From assembly GCA_046331705.1 (NCBI GenBank), contig JAXLQJ010000046.1:1-59037 (forward strand): 59,037 bases of DNA. The letters run 5' to 3'. How positions within the stretch are numbered: the first letter of the stretch is position 1; each line of letters opens with the position of its first letter. This DNA comes from a bacterium. Lineage in GTDB: Bacteria; JADJOY01. Positions 1 to 9,321 of this stretch are shown piece after piece. The notes under the pieces are model-generated. The model was not told where the DNA came from, searched no databases, and saw nothing but the letters and a program-made list of their open reading frames with translations. The position numbers were made by a program, and so were the translations under genes.

Positions 1-14
1 CCAGTCCCGCGCCC

Positions 15-1175
15 GTGCCCGCGGCCACGGCGGCGCCGGCCAAACGCACCCGAGCCAAGACGCCGCGCACGCGCAAGACCAGCGAAGCCCCGGCTCCCGT
101 CACGCCTGTCGTGGTGGAGCCGCGCGCCCCGCGGCGCATGGTGTTCATCGACGTCGAGAACACGAGCAGCGAGGCGGATCTGTTACGCGTCCTCGACGAG
201 CTCGACATCCGTAATCTGGGCGCCACCACCGAGCTGGTGGCGATCGGCAACTGGCGCGTCGTCGGCCAGGGGCTCGCGCGCTCGCTGGCCCAGCGCGGCG
301 CCCACCTCGTGCACAGCGCGCCAGCGGCACGGGTCTCCGATTGGAGCGATCTGTGGATCGCGGTGCACGCAGGCATCTGGCTGGGCCGTGCCGCGCCCGG
401 CGATTCGATCGAGATCGTCTCCCACGATCGCGCGTTCGACGCCGTGGGCGACGCCGCCACGCGTCTCGGCGTCGCGTTTCGTCGGGTCACGTACCGAGCG
501 CAGCACGTCGCCTCCGAGGCGCACGAACCGGCGGCTGGAGCTGCCGGCACGGCGGCGGATCGGCGGCGGCGGCGCGGCGGCCGCAATCGCCGTCCCGGTA
601 GCGCAGCTCCAGCGGCCGCGCGCTCGAGCGCAGTCGTTTCCAGCCCGGCTCCGGCTCGGGCGCTTCCATCTCCCGCACCCACCCGAGCGCTGGCGGCGCC
701 CGCTCCCGAGGTCGCCGTCGAAGCCCCCGAGAACGGCGAGCCCCACTCGGCGACCCAGGAGCAGATTCGCGCGCTGATCGCGAAGCTCACGACCGACCCG
801 ATGGCCGGCGTGAGCCTCGATCGATTGACGATGGCGCTCAAGGCCGCGGGGTTCCAGCGCCCCCCGGGCTCGCCGCGCCTCGTCACGCGGCTGCGGCGGA
901 TGAGCGAGCTCGAGGTGCTGCCGATCGGCCGGGTGCGCCTCGCGCGTGCGCCCGTCGGCGCCTCGGAACCCCCAGCGGAAGCGAGCATCACGACCAGCGC
1001 GACGCCACCGAGCGACGGCGTGATCGACGTGACCGACGCCCCCGCCACCGAAGCGTCTGCGACCGATGCGAGCGCCGCCGATGCCGCTGCCCGCCGCCGC
1101 CCGCGGCGCCGGGGCGGCCGCCGGCGTCGCGGCCGAGCGACGCCGGCTTCGTCGGACACGCCGTCTCCGGAGTGA
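15..1175 (+). CDS. NYN/PIN-like domain protein with probable C-terminal OST-HTH/LOTUS-like domain; may extend 5' of the window
   Basis: NYN-type acidic motifs VFIDVENT, DWSDLWIA, IVSHDRAF. Helical domain SLDRLTMALKAAGF..RLVTRLRRMSELEV. Arg-rich low-complexity linkers. Confidence 0.6.
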   Translation: MPAATAAPAKRTRAKTPRTRKTSEAPAPVTPVVVEPRAPRRMVFIDVENTSSEADLLRVLDELDIRNLGATTELVAIGNWRVVGQGLARSLAQRGAHLVHSAPAARVSDWSDLWIAVHAGIWLGRAAPGDSIEIVSHDRAFDAVGDAATRLGVAFRRVTYRAQHVASEAHEPAAGAAGTAADRRRRRGGRNRRPGSAAPAAARSSAVVSSPAPARALPSPAPTRALAAPAPEVAVEAPENGEPHSATQEQIRALIAKLTTDPMAGVSLDRLTMALKAAGFQRPPGSPRLVTRLRRMSELEVLPIGRVRLARAPVGASEPPAEASITTSATPPSDGVIDVTDAPATEASATDASAADAAARRRPRRRGGRRRRGRATPASSDTPSPE

Positions 1176-1235
1176 GCTCGCCGCGGCGGCGCGGAGCGGT
1201 CCTGGCCGAGTGCGCGCCGCGCCTCGCGCCGCGCG

Positions 1236-2210
1236 TCAGCGGTCGATCGTGGCCATGTCGGAGTAACGATTGCCCGCCGCCGCGCCCGCGGCGTCGAGAC
1301 GGGCGAGCTCCCCGGGCGTGAGCTCGAGCGCGGCTGCCGCCGCGTTTTGCTCGAGGTAGCGGCGGCGCTTGGTGCCGGGGATCGGCACGACGTCGCCGCC
1401 GCGAGCGAGCACCCACGCCAGCGCGAGCTGCGCCGGGGTCGCACGCTTGGCCGAAGCCACGGCCTTGACCACGTCGACGATGGCGAGATTGTGCGCGAGG
1501 TTCGCGCCCTCGAAGCGTGGGAATCGCACGCGGCGCGAGTCGGATTCCGCGAGCTGGTTCGCGTCGGTGATGGTTCCCGTGAGCAGCCCGCGCCCGAGCG
1601 GCGAGTAGGCGACGAAGCCGATGCCCAGCTCGCGGCAGGTCGGCAGGATCTCGGCCTCCACGTGCCGCTCGAAGAGCGAGTACTCGGTCTGGAGGGCGCT
1701 GATCGGATGGACCGCGTGGGCGCGACGGATCGTGGCCGGCGACGCCTCGGAGAGCCCGAGGAAGCGCACCTTGCCCGCCTTCACCAGCTCGGCCATCGCG
1801 CCGACCGTCTCCTCGATGGGCACACGCTGGTCCACGCGGTGCTGGTAGTAGAGATCGATGTGATTCACGCCAAGCCGTGCCAGCGAGGCGTCGCACGCCG
1901 CACGCACGTACTCGGGGCGACCGTTGATGCCGATCCAGCTCCCGTCGGCGCGCCGCTCGTTGCCGAACTTGGTGGCGAGGACCACCCGCTCTCGTCGGTC
2001 CGCGATCGCGCGCCCCACCAGCTCCTCGTTGAGGAACGGGCCGTACATGTCGGCGGTGTCGAGGAAGTCGACACCCAGCTCGATCGCACGGTGGATGGTG
2101 GCGATCGACTCCGCATCGTCGCGCGAGCCGTAGAACTCGCTCATGCCCATGCAGCCGAGCCCGATCGCCGAGACCGCGAGACCCTGCGTGCCGAGCTTCC
2201 GTCGTTCCAT
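1236..2210 (-). CDS. aldo/keto reductase
   Basis: [53 protein letters not shown] motifs. Confidence 0.95.
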   Translation of the reverse strand: MERRKLGTQGLAVSAIGLGCMGMSEFYGSRDDAESIATIHRAIELGVDFLDTADMYGPFLNEELVGRAIADRRERVVLATKFGNERRADGSWIGINGRPEYVRAACDASLARLGVNHIDLYYQHRVDQRVPIEETVGAMAELVKAGKVRFLGLSEASPATIRRAHAVHPISALQTEYSLFERHVEAEILPTCRELGIGFVAYSPLGRGLLTGTITDANQLAESDSRRVRFPRFEGANLAHNLAIVDVVKAVASAKRATPAQLALAWVLARGGDVVPIPGTKRRRYLEQNAAAAALELTPGELARLDAAGAAAGNRYSDMATIDR

Positions 2211-2265
2211 GGCGCGTCCTCTCCTCGAGACCGACCGCGCCGCGCGCGGCCCCCCATTCGCGAAG

Positions 2266-2562
2266 CTAACGGTTCCGCGCCGCGCGTGCGAAGCGTCCGA
2301 TCAGCTCCGCCGACACCAGCAGCGCAACACCCACCACGGCGCCGCTCGTGCCCAGGATCAGTCCCGCCCGGCGCTCGCGTGCCTTGGCCGCCACCACCGC
2401 CTCGCTCGGCGCAGCGCTGCGCGTGAGCACCTGCACGCGCGCCGGATTGCCCGCTCCCCACTCGTAGTGGGCGATCATCCACAGGCTCGATGCGAGCGTG
2501 AGCACGCCGAAGATCCTCAGGCCCGTCTTGTAGAGCGTTTCCACTCGGTCGAGGTTCGTCAT
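2266..2562 (-). CDS. small hypothetical membrane protein (two hydrophobic segments)
   Basis: ATG at 2562 ([12 protein letters not shown]...), two TM-like stretches, co-directional with the AKR gene. Confidence 0.5.
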   Translation of the reverse strand: MTNLDRVETLYKTGLRIFGVLTLASSLWMIAHYEWGAGNPARVQVLTRSAAPSEAVVAAKARERRAGLILGTSGAVVGVALLVSAELIGRFARAARNR

Positions 2563-2782
2563 CGTCGTTCGGTGCGTGAGATCGAGGAGGGCGCGCGTGC
2601 GCAGCGGCGACAACGTCGCGCCGTGGGAGCCTAGCAGCGCGGCTGCACGCCGTCCCGCGGTCGATCGCCGTGACCGGAGACGATGACGCGCGCTCGTGAA
2701 GCGGGACGAACGCTGGAAGTCCGCGATCGCATGCGAGCCCGCTCGCCGAGGCGTCCACGCGACCCACCCACACCCCTTTCGC

Positions 2783-3110
2783 GATCCGACCCCCGTGCCC
2801 GCGGGTGCGGTGGTCCAGCTGGAAGTCGATCGAGTCGAGTGGATCGTGGGCGAGAACGTGCTCGTGTACTTGGTCGTCGAGAACCAGGGCGCCTCGTCGT
2901 TCGGCATCGATGCAGGCGGTGACGATCGTGGCCTGCGCGAGTCGCGGTATCGCGCTCGATGCCGCAAGTCACGAGGTCCCCGATCCAGATCCGAGCTGGG
3001 ACTCCAACTTCGGCGGGCTCGGAGCCGGTGGATCCGTCGCGCCCGGCGGACCTTGGGAGCACTCGCTCCAAGTCCTGCGCCATCGCGCGCTTCGCCAGGA
3101 CGGGATCCCG
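2783..3110 (+). pseudogene. frameshifted gene fragment of an uncharacterised protein
   Basis: Protein-like text runs across frames: DPTPVPAGAVVQLEVDRVEWIVGENVLVYLVVENQG..GGDDRG / (shift near 2948) ALDAASHEVPDPDPSWDSNFGGLG..PGGPWEHSLQVLRH / (shift) ARFARTG. No clear start or continuation. Confidence 0.4.
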
Positions 3111-3209
3111 TGCACTGGCCATTCCGGAAGCGCGCGGTCGGTTCTCGAGCATGTTCGGCGAGTGTTGCGCGAATGTCTTGTTACCACTTAGGAGCGTGGA
3201 ATGAAAAAG

Positions 3210-3238
3210 TTGCGCCGTTTGCTGCCGTGCGCTAGAAG
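3210..3238 (+). promoter_or_regulatory. putative sigma70-type promoter for the DUF2278 gene
   Basis: TTGCGC-N17-TAGAAG with an A-rich tract upstream. Confidence 0.35.
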
Positions 3239-3294
3239 CACCTCCGTCGACGCCTGCCCAGAGGGACAGGCGAAAGCCGGTTGACGGAGGTCAC

Positions 3295-4353
3295 ATGGCG
3301 CTTCACTACGGTGTCCTGCGAGGTCGTGTGGATCGCTTCAAGCGAGAGGACGACCTGAGCTCCCCGCACCTTCAGATCCGAGTGGTGGACGATCAGGGGT
3401 CGGCGTGGCGCATCGCGTTCAACGTGCTATCCGGCGACCAATCCCAGCTCATCCTTCACCGCGGCGATCCCTTGCAGGGTCATCCGATCCTGGGCGGATT
3501 GGGTGGCGTTGCGTCGGGCTTCACGGCGTTGCCGCCAAGCGCTCGCTCGGAAGCGACGGCGCTCGACTTTCTGCGCGCGCCGCTCTTCGATTGGCCGACC
3601 GGCGTCTCGATTCCGTCGACGGGACCGGGTGCTGACGACGATCTGCAGGACGCGCTGGTGGCTGCACTGACGGCGCTTCGCACCCAGAATGGGGAGATCT
3701 TCGTATTTGGAGCTCGTTTCCCCGAGCCCGGCCAGCCGTCGAATCCGCGCCCGATCGATCATGAGTTTGGGACGAGCCAAGGAATTCACGATGTCCACAT
3801 GAATCAAGGAAGCCCGAGTCCTGGGCCGTTCGCGAAGGACAACGGCGTGTTTCAAGACGGCGGGCTGATCCTGCAGTACCCCAATCGGGCGCTGGGGCTA
3901 TTCGTGCGGTTTCAGACCCAATGGCTTCCGACCGACAACACGACCGGACACCGACTCCCGACGGCGCAGCCGATCCCCGCCGGTGGAGCGGTGACGCCGC
4001 CCGGGCCACTGCCGCTGGTCGCGGACCCCCTGGTCTACATCGAGCGCGCTCTGGTGAACCCCGTTGGTGCGGACCCGGGCCTCGAAGTGGTCGTTCTCGG
4101 GAACACGACGACGAAGCCCATCGACGTGTCGGGGTGGAGCCTCGTCGATCGCAACGGCAACGCGGAACGGCTGGGCACGCTCGTCCTCGCGGGCGGTGAG
4201 TCGCGTGCGATCGTTCTCTCTGGAAAGGCCGCGCAGCTCTCGAACAAGGGCGGAACGATCGGGCTGCGAAACACCGCTGGCGAGCAGGTTCACGCGGTGA
4301 GCTACTCCGAGACCGATGCGCGCGAGGATCGATTCATCCGGTTCATCACCTGA
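3295..4353 (+). CDS. DUF2278 (YukJ-like) protein with C-terminal lamin-tail (LTD) domain
   Basis: YGVLRG..SPHLQI, LDFLR, GIHDVHMNQG, DNGVFQDGGL, FQTQ motifs. LTD-like IERALVNPVGADPGLEVVVLGN..IDVSGWSLVD..LSNKGGTI. GGAGG RBS. Confidence 0.8.
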   Translation: MALHYGVLRGRVDRFKREDDLSSPHLQIRVVDDQGSAWRIAFNVLSGDQSQLILHRGDPLQGHPILGGLGGVASGFTALPPSARSEATALDFLRAPLFDWPTGVSIPSTGPGADDDLQDALVAALTALRTQNGEIFVFGARFPEPGQPSNPRPIDHEFGTSQGIHDVHMNQGSPSPGPFAKDNGVFQDGGLILQYPNRALGLFVRFQTQWLPTDNTTGHRLPTAQPIPAGGAVTPPGPLPLVADPLVYIERALVNPVGADPGLEVVVLGNTTTKPIDVSGWSLVDRNGNAERLGTLVLAGGESRAIVLSGKAAQLSNKGGTIGLRNTAGEQVHAVSYSETDAREDRFIRFIT

Positions 4354-4591
4354 CGGATTCGCGCCGTGTTTCTCGCGAGTGGTGCTGAGCGGGTTGTTGC
4401 TTCGACCTGGCTCTCGAGCTCACGGGTGCGCCGGCGCCGCGCGACTACCTGCGCACGCATTCGCCGGCGCTCTGCAAGAGGTCGCCAAGCTCGAGATCCG
4501 TCTTGCCCCTCCGTCGGGACCTCCCGGCGAGGGCGCCTTCCTACCAAGATCCTACCGAGCTGGACATATCCCCTGAAACAATGGAGGAATC

Positions 4592-4678
4592 TGGTGCCGG
4601 AGGAGGGAGTCGAACCCTCACAAGGACGAGCCTCGGGGGATTTTGAGTCCCCTGCGTCTGCCATTCCGCCACTCCGGC
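4592..4678 (-). tRNA. tRNA-Leu(CAA)
   Basis: Reverse complement GCCGGAG TG GCGGAATGGCAGACGC A GGGGA-CTCAAAA-TCCCC, long variable arm, GAGGG-TTCGACT-CCCTC, CTCCGGC-A-CCA. Confidence 0.97.
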
Positions 4679-4709
4679 GTGGTGCGGCGAGCTGCGGGCG
4701 GATCTTCTA

Positions 4710-5849
4710 TCACATCGACGGCGTGGACTGGACACCCTCGGGCGCGGTCTCGGCGAAGGGGCCGAGCTTGCGCATCTGGAGGTGGCGCGTCATCAGCTCC
4801 TGATAGTGCTTGGGCCGGAACACGGCGAGCACGACCATGCCGAAGTAGCCGGAGGGCAGCTTGGGGCTCTCCGAGAAGTAGCGAAGCTGCTGGTAGGGGC
4901 GGGTCGAGTTCGCGTGGTGATCGGCGTGTCGCGAGAGGCCGACGAGGGTGTAGAGCGTGAACCAGGAGCTGGTATCCCACGAGTCCATGGGTTGCACGCG
5001 CCGCCCGTCGCGGGTGAGGCCCCAATGCTCGAAGAAGTTGACGCATTCGAGCAGCGTGATGGCGATCCACGCTTGTCCCACGTAGGCGACGAAGGCGCCG
5101 GGTCCCCAGGCGGCGAGGACGAGCGCCGCCACCGCCCACTCGGCGACCAGTCCGTGCAGCACGCGGTTGCCGAGCTGGCGGCGATCGAGGAGCGGCAGCG
5201 TGGCGTCGCCGAGGCGCGTGCATTCGAGCTTCCACGCGCTCTTGAGCTGCTCGGGGAGGTTGCGGCGCAGGTGCTGCACGCGGGTCTCGCCGAAGCGCGC
5301 GGTGGCGGGATCGGCCGGCGTGCCCACGCGGACGTGGTGGCCGCGGATGTGCTCGGTGAAGAAGTGCTCGTAGAGGACCGCGCCGAGCAGGAACCGCCCC
5401 ATCGTCTGCAGGTGCTTCTCCTTGCGATGGATCAGCTCGTGGGCGACGACGATGCCCGAGTAGCCCGAGGTGATGCCTTGCAGCAGGAGCCCGATGAGCG
5501 TGTCCATGCGCCAGAAGCCGTGGAGCGACACCATGCGTACGTAGAGCGCCACGTTCACGAGCTGTAGCCCGGTGAGCGCGAAGAGCACGCCCGTGAACGG
5601 CCAGTCGGGCATCAGCTCGGCCGGCTGACGGCGCTCCTTGTTCGAGCGCACGTCGGCGATCACCGACGCCACCACCACGCCGAACCAAGGGATCGACGCC
5701 CACCAGGCGTGCGGCGCCGTCTGCGTGAACGCGAGGCAGGCGAGCGGCAGCACGAAGCAGAGCAGGTGAAGCGCCCACACGCGCGCGGTCTCGAGACCGA
5801 GTGGCAGCGGATTCGAGAGCGAAGCGGGGTCGGCCGTGGTGCTCGTCAT
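4710..5849 (-). CDS. alkane 1-monooxygenase (AlkB)-like membrane di-iron hydroxylase/desaturase
   Basis: His boxes AHELIH, EHIRGHH, NFFEHWG, LSRHADHH; SPKLPSGY; multiple TM helices. Confidence 0.85.
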   Translation of the reverse strand: MTSTTADPASLSNPLPLGLETARVWALHLLCFVLPLACLAFTQTAPHAWWASIPWFGVVVASVIADVRSNKERRQPAELMPDWPFTGVLFALTGLQLVNVALYVRMVSLHGFWRMDTLIGLLLQGITSGYSGIVVAHELIHRKEKHLQTMGRFLLGAVLYEHFFTEHIRGHHVRVGTPADPATARFGETRVQHLRRNLPEQLKSAWKLECTRLGDATLPLLDRRQLGNRVLHGLVAEWAVAALVLAAWGPGAFVAYVGQAWIAITLLECVNFFEHWGLTRDGRRVQPMDSWDTSSWFTLYTLVGLSRHADHHANSTRPYQQLRYFSESPKLPSGYFGMVVLAVFRPKHYQELMTRHLQMRKLGPFAETAPEGVQSTPSM

Positions 5850-5892
5850 GGTCGGATGTCCGTGCGGGCTCGGCGCCGGGTGCCGTGCCGAG

Positions 5893-6798
5893 TCAAGAGA
5901 CTGGATCGAGGTGCTTCACGCCATCCTGAAACGATAACAGGGGACGGCCGAGCAGCGCAGCAAGCCGCGTCGTGTCCATGGAGACGTCCGCAGGGCGTGG
6001 CGCCGGGAGGGTCGAGTCCGCGAGCCGCGCGGTCCTGAGGCAGCCGGCGGAGCGGGAGAGGCTGCGCGCGAGGGTCTCGCCCATCGCGAGCCGGCTGAGC
6101 CGCTCGCTTCCGCCGAGATTCACGAGCAGCCGCGCATCCGGCGCGACGTCGCGCGTCACGAGCTCCTCGAGGGTGGCGATCACGTCGAGGACGTGTACCG
6201 GCGTGCGGTACTCGTCGGCGAAGAGCGTCAGCGGCTCGCCACGCTCGATGCTCGCGCGCATCCAGCCGGTGGCGCCGCTCTTGTGCGGGCTGGGTGGCCC
6301 GTAGAGTAGCGCGCAGCGCAGGATCGCCGACGGTCCGCGCCGGGCCGCCACGATTCGCTCGCCGGCGAGCTTGGTGCGGCCGTAGTGCATGAGGGGGCCG
6401 GTGGGATCGGTCTCGGCGGAGAATGCGCGGGTGCCGGGGTAGACGAGGTCGGTCGAGAAGTAGATGAACCGAGCGTCGGGGGCGTGGGAGTCGACGCTCT
6501 CGACGAGGTGTCGCGTGGCGATCTCGTTGGCGAGCGTCGCCGCCGCGGTGTCGCGCTCGCAGGCGTTCGCGTCCGTGAGCGCCGCGGCGTGAATCACCGT
6601 GCTCGGGCGCACTTCCGCGATGAGCTTGGTCGCGGCGCCGATCTCGCGCAGGTCGCAGGCGACCATGCGCACTCCCGCGATCTCGATGGGCTGCGTGTGG
6701 AACGTGCCGAGCACCGGGTGGCGAGCTCCGAGCGCGCGGGCGAGATGCCAGCCGGCGAACCCGGAGACACCGGTGACGAGGATCGGACGCGCTGTCAC
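5893..6798 (-). CDS. RmlD-like extended SDR (dTDP-4-dehydrorhamnose reductase family)
   Basis: ILVTGVSGFAG, IHAAALT, FSTDLVY, YGRTKLAGE, DEYRTP, PRPADVSMD. GTG start inferred at 6798. Confidence 0.85.
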   Translation of the reverse strand: MTARPILVTGVSGFAGWHLARALGARHPVLGTFHTQPIEIAGVRMVACDLREIGAATKLIAEVRPSTVIHAAALTDANACERDTAAATLANEIATRHLVESVDSHAPDARFIYFSTDLVYPGTRAFSAETDPTGPLMHYGRTKLAGERIVAARRGPSAILRCALLYGPPSPHKSGATGWMRASIERGEPLTLFADEYRTPVHVLDVIATLEELVTRDVAPDARLLVNLGGSERLSRLAMGETLARSLSRSAGCLRTARLADSTLPAPRPADVSMDTTRLAALLGRPLLSFQDGVKHLDPVS

Positions 6799-6839
6799 GG
6801 CACTTCGCGATGCGACGATGCGACGGTGCGGCGGTGAGC

Positions 6840-7646
6840 TCAGCCGCCCATGCGGCGCCGGAACGCGCGCGCCCGGCGGGTCGAGCCGCGCAACGCGGCA
6901 AACAGGTGTCCACGAAAGACCAGCATCGCGAACGTCGTCACCGAGGTGATGACGATCGCCAGCACCAGCTGGAGGCTGGGGTCGTCGATGCCGGCGGCCC
7001 GCGTGAGCGCCGACGAGACCAACAGCGGCAGCGCGAGCAGGCTCGAGAATCCGATTCCGACCCCGGCGGCACCCGCGCTCACCGCCCGGCCGAACGCGGC
7101 GAGGATCGGCGCCACCACCACCGCCACCGGCAGGAACCATTCGATCCAGTGTTGATGGACGAACCGCACCGACTCGGTCAGGTGCTCGACGGAGTTGGCG
7201 CCCTTCACCTGGTACACGATCTCCGGCAGCGGGTTCAGGAACACCGCGGCCAGCACGTAGAACGTGACGAGCACGAACGGCCCCATCGCCGTCGCCGAGC
7301 CGAGCTGCTCGAGAACGAGGCTCGGCAGCCAGAGCACGAACCCGACCCCGATCACTTCCCACAGGTAGTGGCCGAGGGCGTCGCGGATGTCGGCGAGCGC
7401 GACCCGGCGCTGGAACACACATTGCTCGACCAGCGCCAAGAGCGCGCCGGCAGCGGCCGCGTTGGCGAACCCGAGGATGAAGCCGCCAACGATGCCCAGG
7501 GGAGCGACGAGCGGCGTCATCAGCATCAGCAGGATCCCGTACGCGGGAACCGCCACGAAGCCGGCCCAGCCGCGCTTGAGCGATCGCGCGGTGTCGCGCA
7601 GCGCCTGGGCGTAGAGATGACGCAGATCGTTCAGGATCTCGAGCAT
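6840..7646 (-). CDS. hypothetical polytopic membrane protein
   Basis: 268 aa with about 6 hydrophobic segments and gene-like codon usage. Confidence 0.7.
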   Translation of the reverse strand: MLEILNDLRHLYAQALRDTARSLKRGWAGFVAVPAYGILLMLMTPLVAPLGIVGGFILGFANAAAAGALLALVEQCVFQRRVALADIRDALGHYLWEVIGVGFVLWLPSLVLEQLGSATAMGPFVLVTFYVLAAVFLNPLPEIVYQVKGANSVEHLTESVRFVHQHWIEWFLPVAVVVAPILAAFGRAVSAGAAGVGIGFSSLLALPLLVSSALTRAAGIDDPSLQLVLAIVITSVTTFAMLVFRGHLFAALRGSTRRARAFRRRMGG

Positions 7647-7834
7647 GGGCGCGTTTCGCGGTGCGGGTCGGAAGCGAGGGGGTAGCTGGCCAGGCGCGTC
7701 GAATCAAGCGGGATTCACGCGGTGGTCTCGAGGTTGGGCGTGGTTGCGCCCGATTCGGGTGGCAAGTACGTTCGCGCGATCGACGCCGCGAGCAGCGTCG
7801 TCGAAGGATCGCTCGCATCCAACCCGCGCGGCTC

Positions 7835-8683
7835 GTGTCCGGCACCGGCACCGATCGACCCAGCCTCTGTCCCGCTTGCCGCGAGCTCGTGGGCGTGGGG
7901 GCGACTCGTTGCCCGCGTTGCGGCACGAGCCTGCGCTTTTCGCCCGTGGCCGCCGCAGATTCGCTGCGCCGCCGGCTGCCGAGCGACTGCCCGGTCACGG
8001 CGGTGATCCTGGGGATCAACGTCGCGATCTTCGCCCTCTCCCTCGTGCTGGATGGCGCGAGCGCCACGAGGATCGGGACGGCCTTCATGGTGGGCGCGCG
8101 GGACGTGTGGGTGGCGACCGGAGCGTTCGCGCCTGCGGTGCTCGCGGGCGAGTGGTGGCGTCTCGTGGTCCCGATGTTCGTTCACGGCGGGATCATGCAC
8201 ATCGCGTTCAACTCGATGGCGCTGGCGGACCTCGGGCCGGCGGTCGAGCGCACCTACGGTTCGGCGCGCTACTTGTTCCTGTACGTGATCACCGGTGTGG
8301 TGGGCTTCTGCGCGACGGTGGGCTGGAGCATCGTTTCCGGCGTGCCGCACCTCTCGGTGGGGGCCTCGGGTGCGGTGTTGGGGATCGTCGGTGTGCTGCT
8401 GGCGATCACCGTGAAGCGAGGCGGCGCCTACATGCAGATGGTCCGGTCGCAGCTGCTGCGTTCGATCGGCTACACGTTTCTGCTGGGCGCGGTGGTGAAC
8501 GTCGACAATGCAGCGCACCTTGGCGGGCTGGCGTCCGGATTCGCGCTCGGGATGCTACTCGCGGATCACCCGCCGGCGAGCGCCGGTCAGCGCAACTTGG
8601 CCGTCGCTCTCGCGGCCGTGAGCGCGCTGGTGGTGGTGCTCGCCTTCGCCGCGCTCGTCTTTCACGTGCTCGTCCATCGCTGA
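7835..8683 (+). CDS. rhomboid family intramembrane serine protease with N-terminal zinc ribbon
   Basis: EWWRL, HGGIMHIAFN, catalytic GASG, AHLGG. N-terminal CPAC..CPRC. Start uncertain (7661-7835). Confidence 0.9.
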   Translation: MSGTGTDRPSLCPACRELVGVGATRCPRCGTSLRFSPVAAADSLRRRLPSDCPVTAVILGINVAIFALSLVLDGASATRIGTAFMVGARDVWVATGAFAPAVLAGEWWRLVVPMFVHGGIMHIAFNSMALADLGPAVERTYGSARYLFLYVITGVVGFCATVGWSIVSGVPHLSVGASGAVLGIVGVLLAITVKRGGAYMQMVRSQLLRSIGYTFLLGAVVNVDNAAHLGGLASGFALGMLLADHPPASAGQRNLAVALAAVSALVVVLAFAALVFHVLVHR

Positions 8684-8685
8684 CC

Positions 8686-9315
8686 GGGGGGCTGGAACGG
8701 CCCAGACGGCGCGTCCCGTCGACCGCTCGGTCAACTGGTCTCCCCGCTCTCCGTCGATCCCTCCGCGAGCCAGCGGCGAGCCGACGCGCGTAGCGAGTCG
8801 CCTTGGGGTGGGCCCCGTCGCGGCTCTGCCGCGCCGGGCGGGGGCTGGAACAGCCCTGAGGGAGCGTCCCGTCGACCGCTCGGTCAACTGGTCTCCCGCT
8901 CGCCGTCGATCGCTCCGCGAGCCAGCGGCGAGCCGACGCGCGTAGCGAGTCGCCTTGGGGGTGGGCCCCGTCGCGGCTTTGCCGCGGCGGGCGGGGGCTG
9001 GAACAGCCCTGAGGAGCGTCCCGTCGACCGCTCGGTCAACTGGTCTCCCCGCTCGCCGTCGATCGCTCCGCGAGCCAGCGGCGAGCCGACGCGCGTAGCG
9101 AGTCGCCTTGGGGGTGGGCCCCGTCGCGGCTTTGCCGCGGCGGGCGGGGGCTGGAACAGCCCTGAGGAGCGTCCCGTCGACCGCTCGGTCAACTGGTCTC
9201 CCCGCTCGCCGTCGATCCCTCCGCGAGCCAGCGGCGAGCCGACGCGCGTAGCGAGTCGTCTTGGGGTGGGCCCCGTCGCGGCTTTGCCGCGCGGGCGGGG
9301 GCTGGAACAGCCCCG
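8686..9315. repeat. tandem array of about four 153-bp structured REP-like units plus a terminal hairpin
   Basis: GCTGGAAC recurs at 8691, 8844, 8997, 9150 and 9301 (periods 153, 153, 153, 151). Units are near-identical and contain several hairpins. Confidence 0.95.
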
Positions 9316-9321
9316 CAGAAA

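Noticed and set aside
1370-1380. TGGTGCCGG match to the tRNA-Leu 3' end as a second att site
   Set aside because: It is only 9 bp and lies within the conserved IPGT codons of the aldo/keto reductase gene.
8686-9315. CRISPR array
   Set aside because: The units are ~153 bp and near-identical throughout, with no unique spacers, and there are no cas genes in the window.
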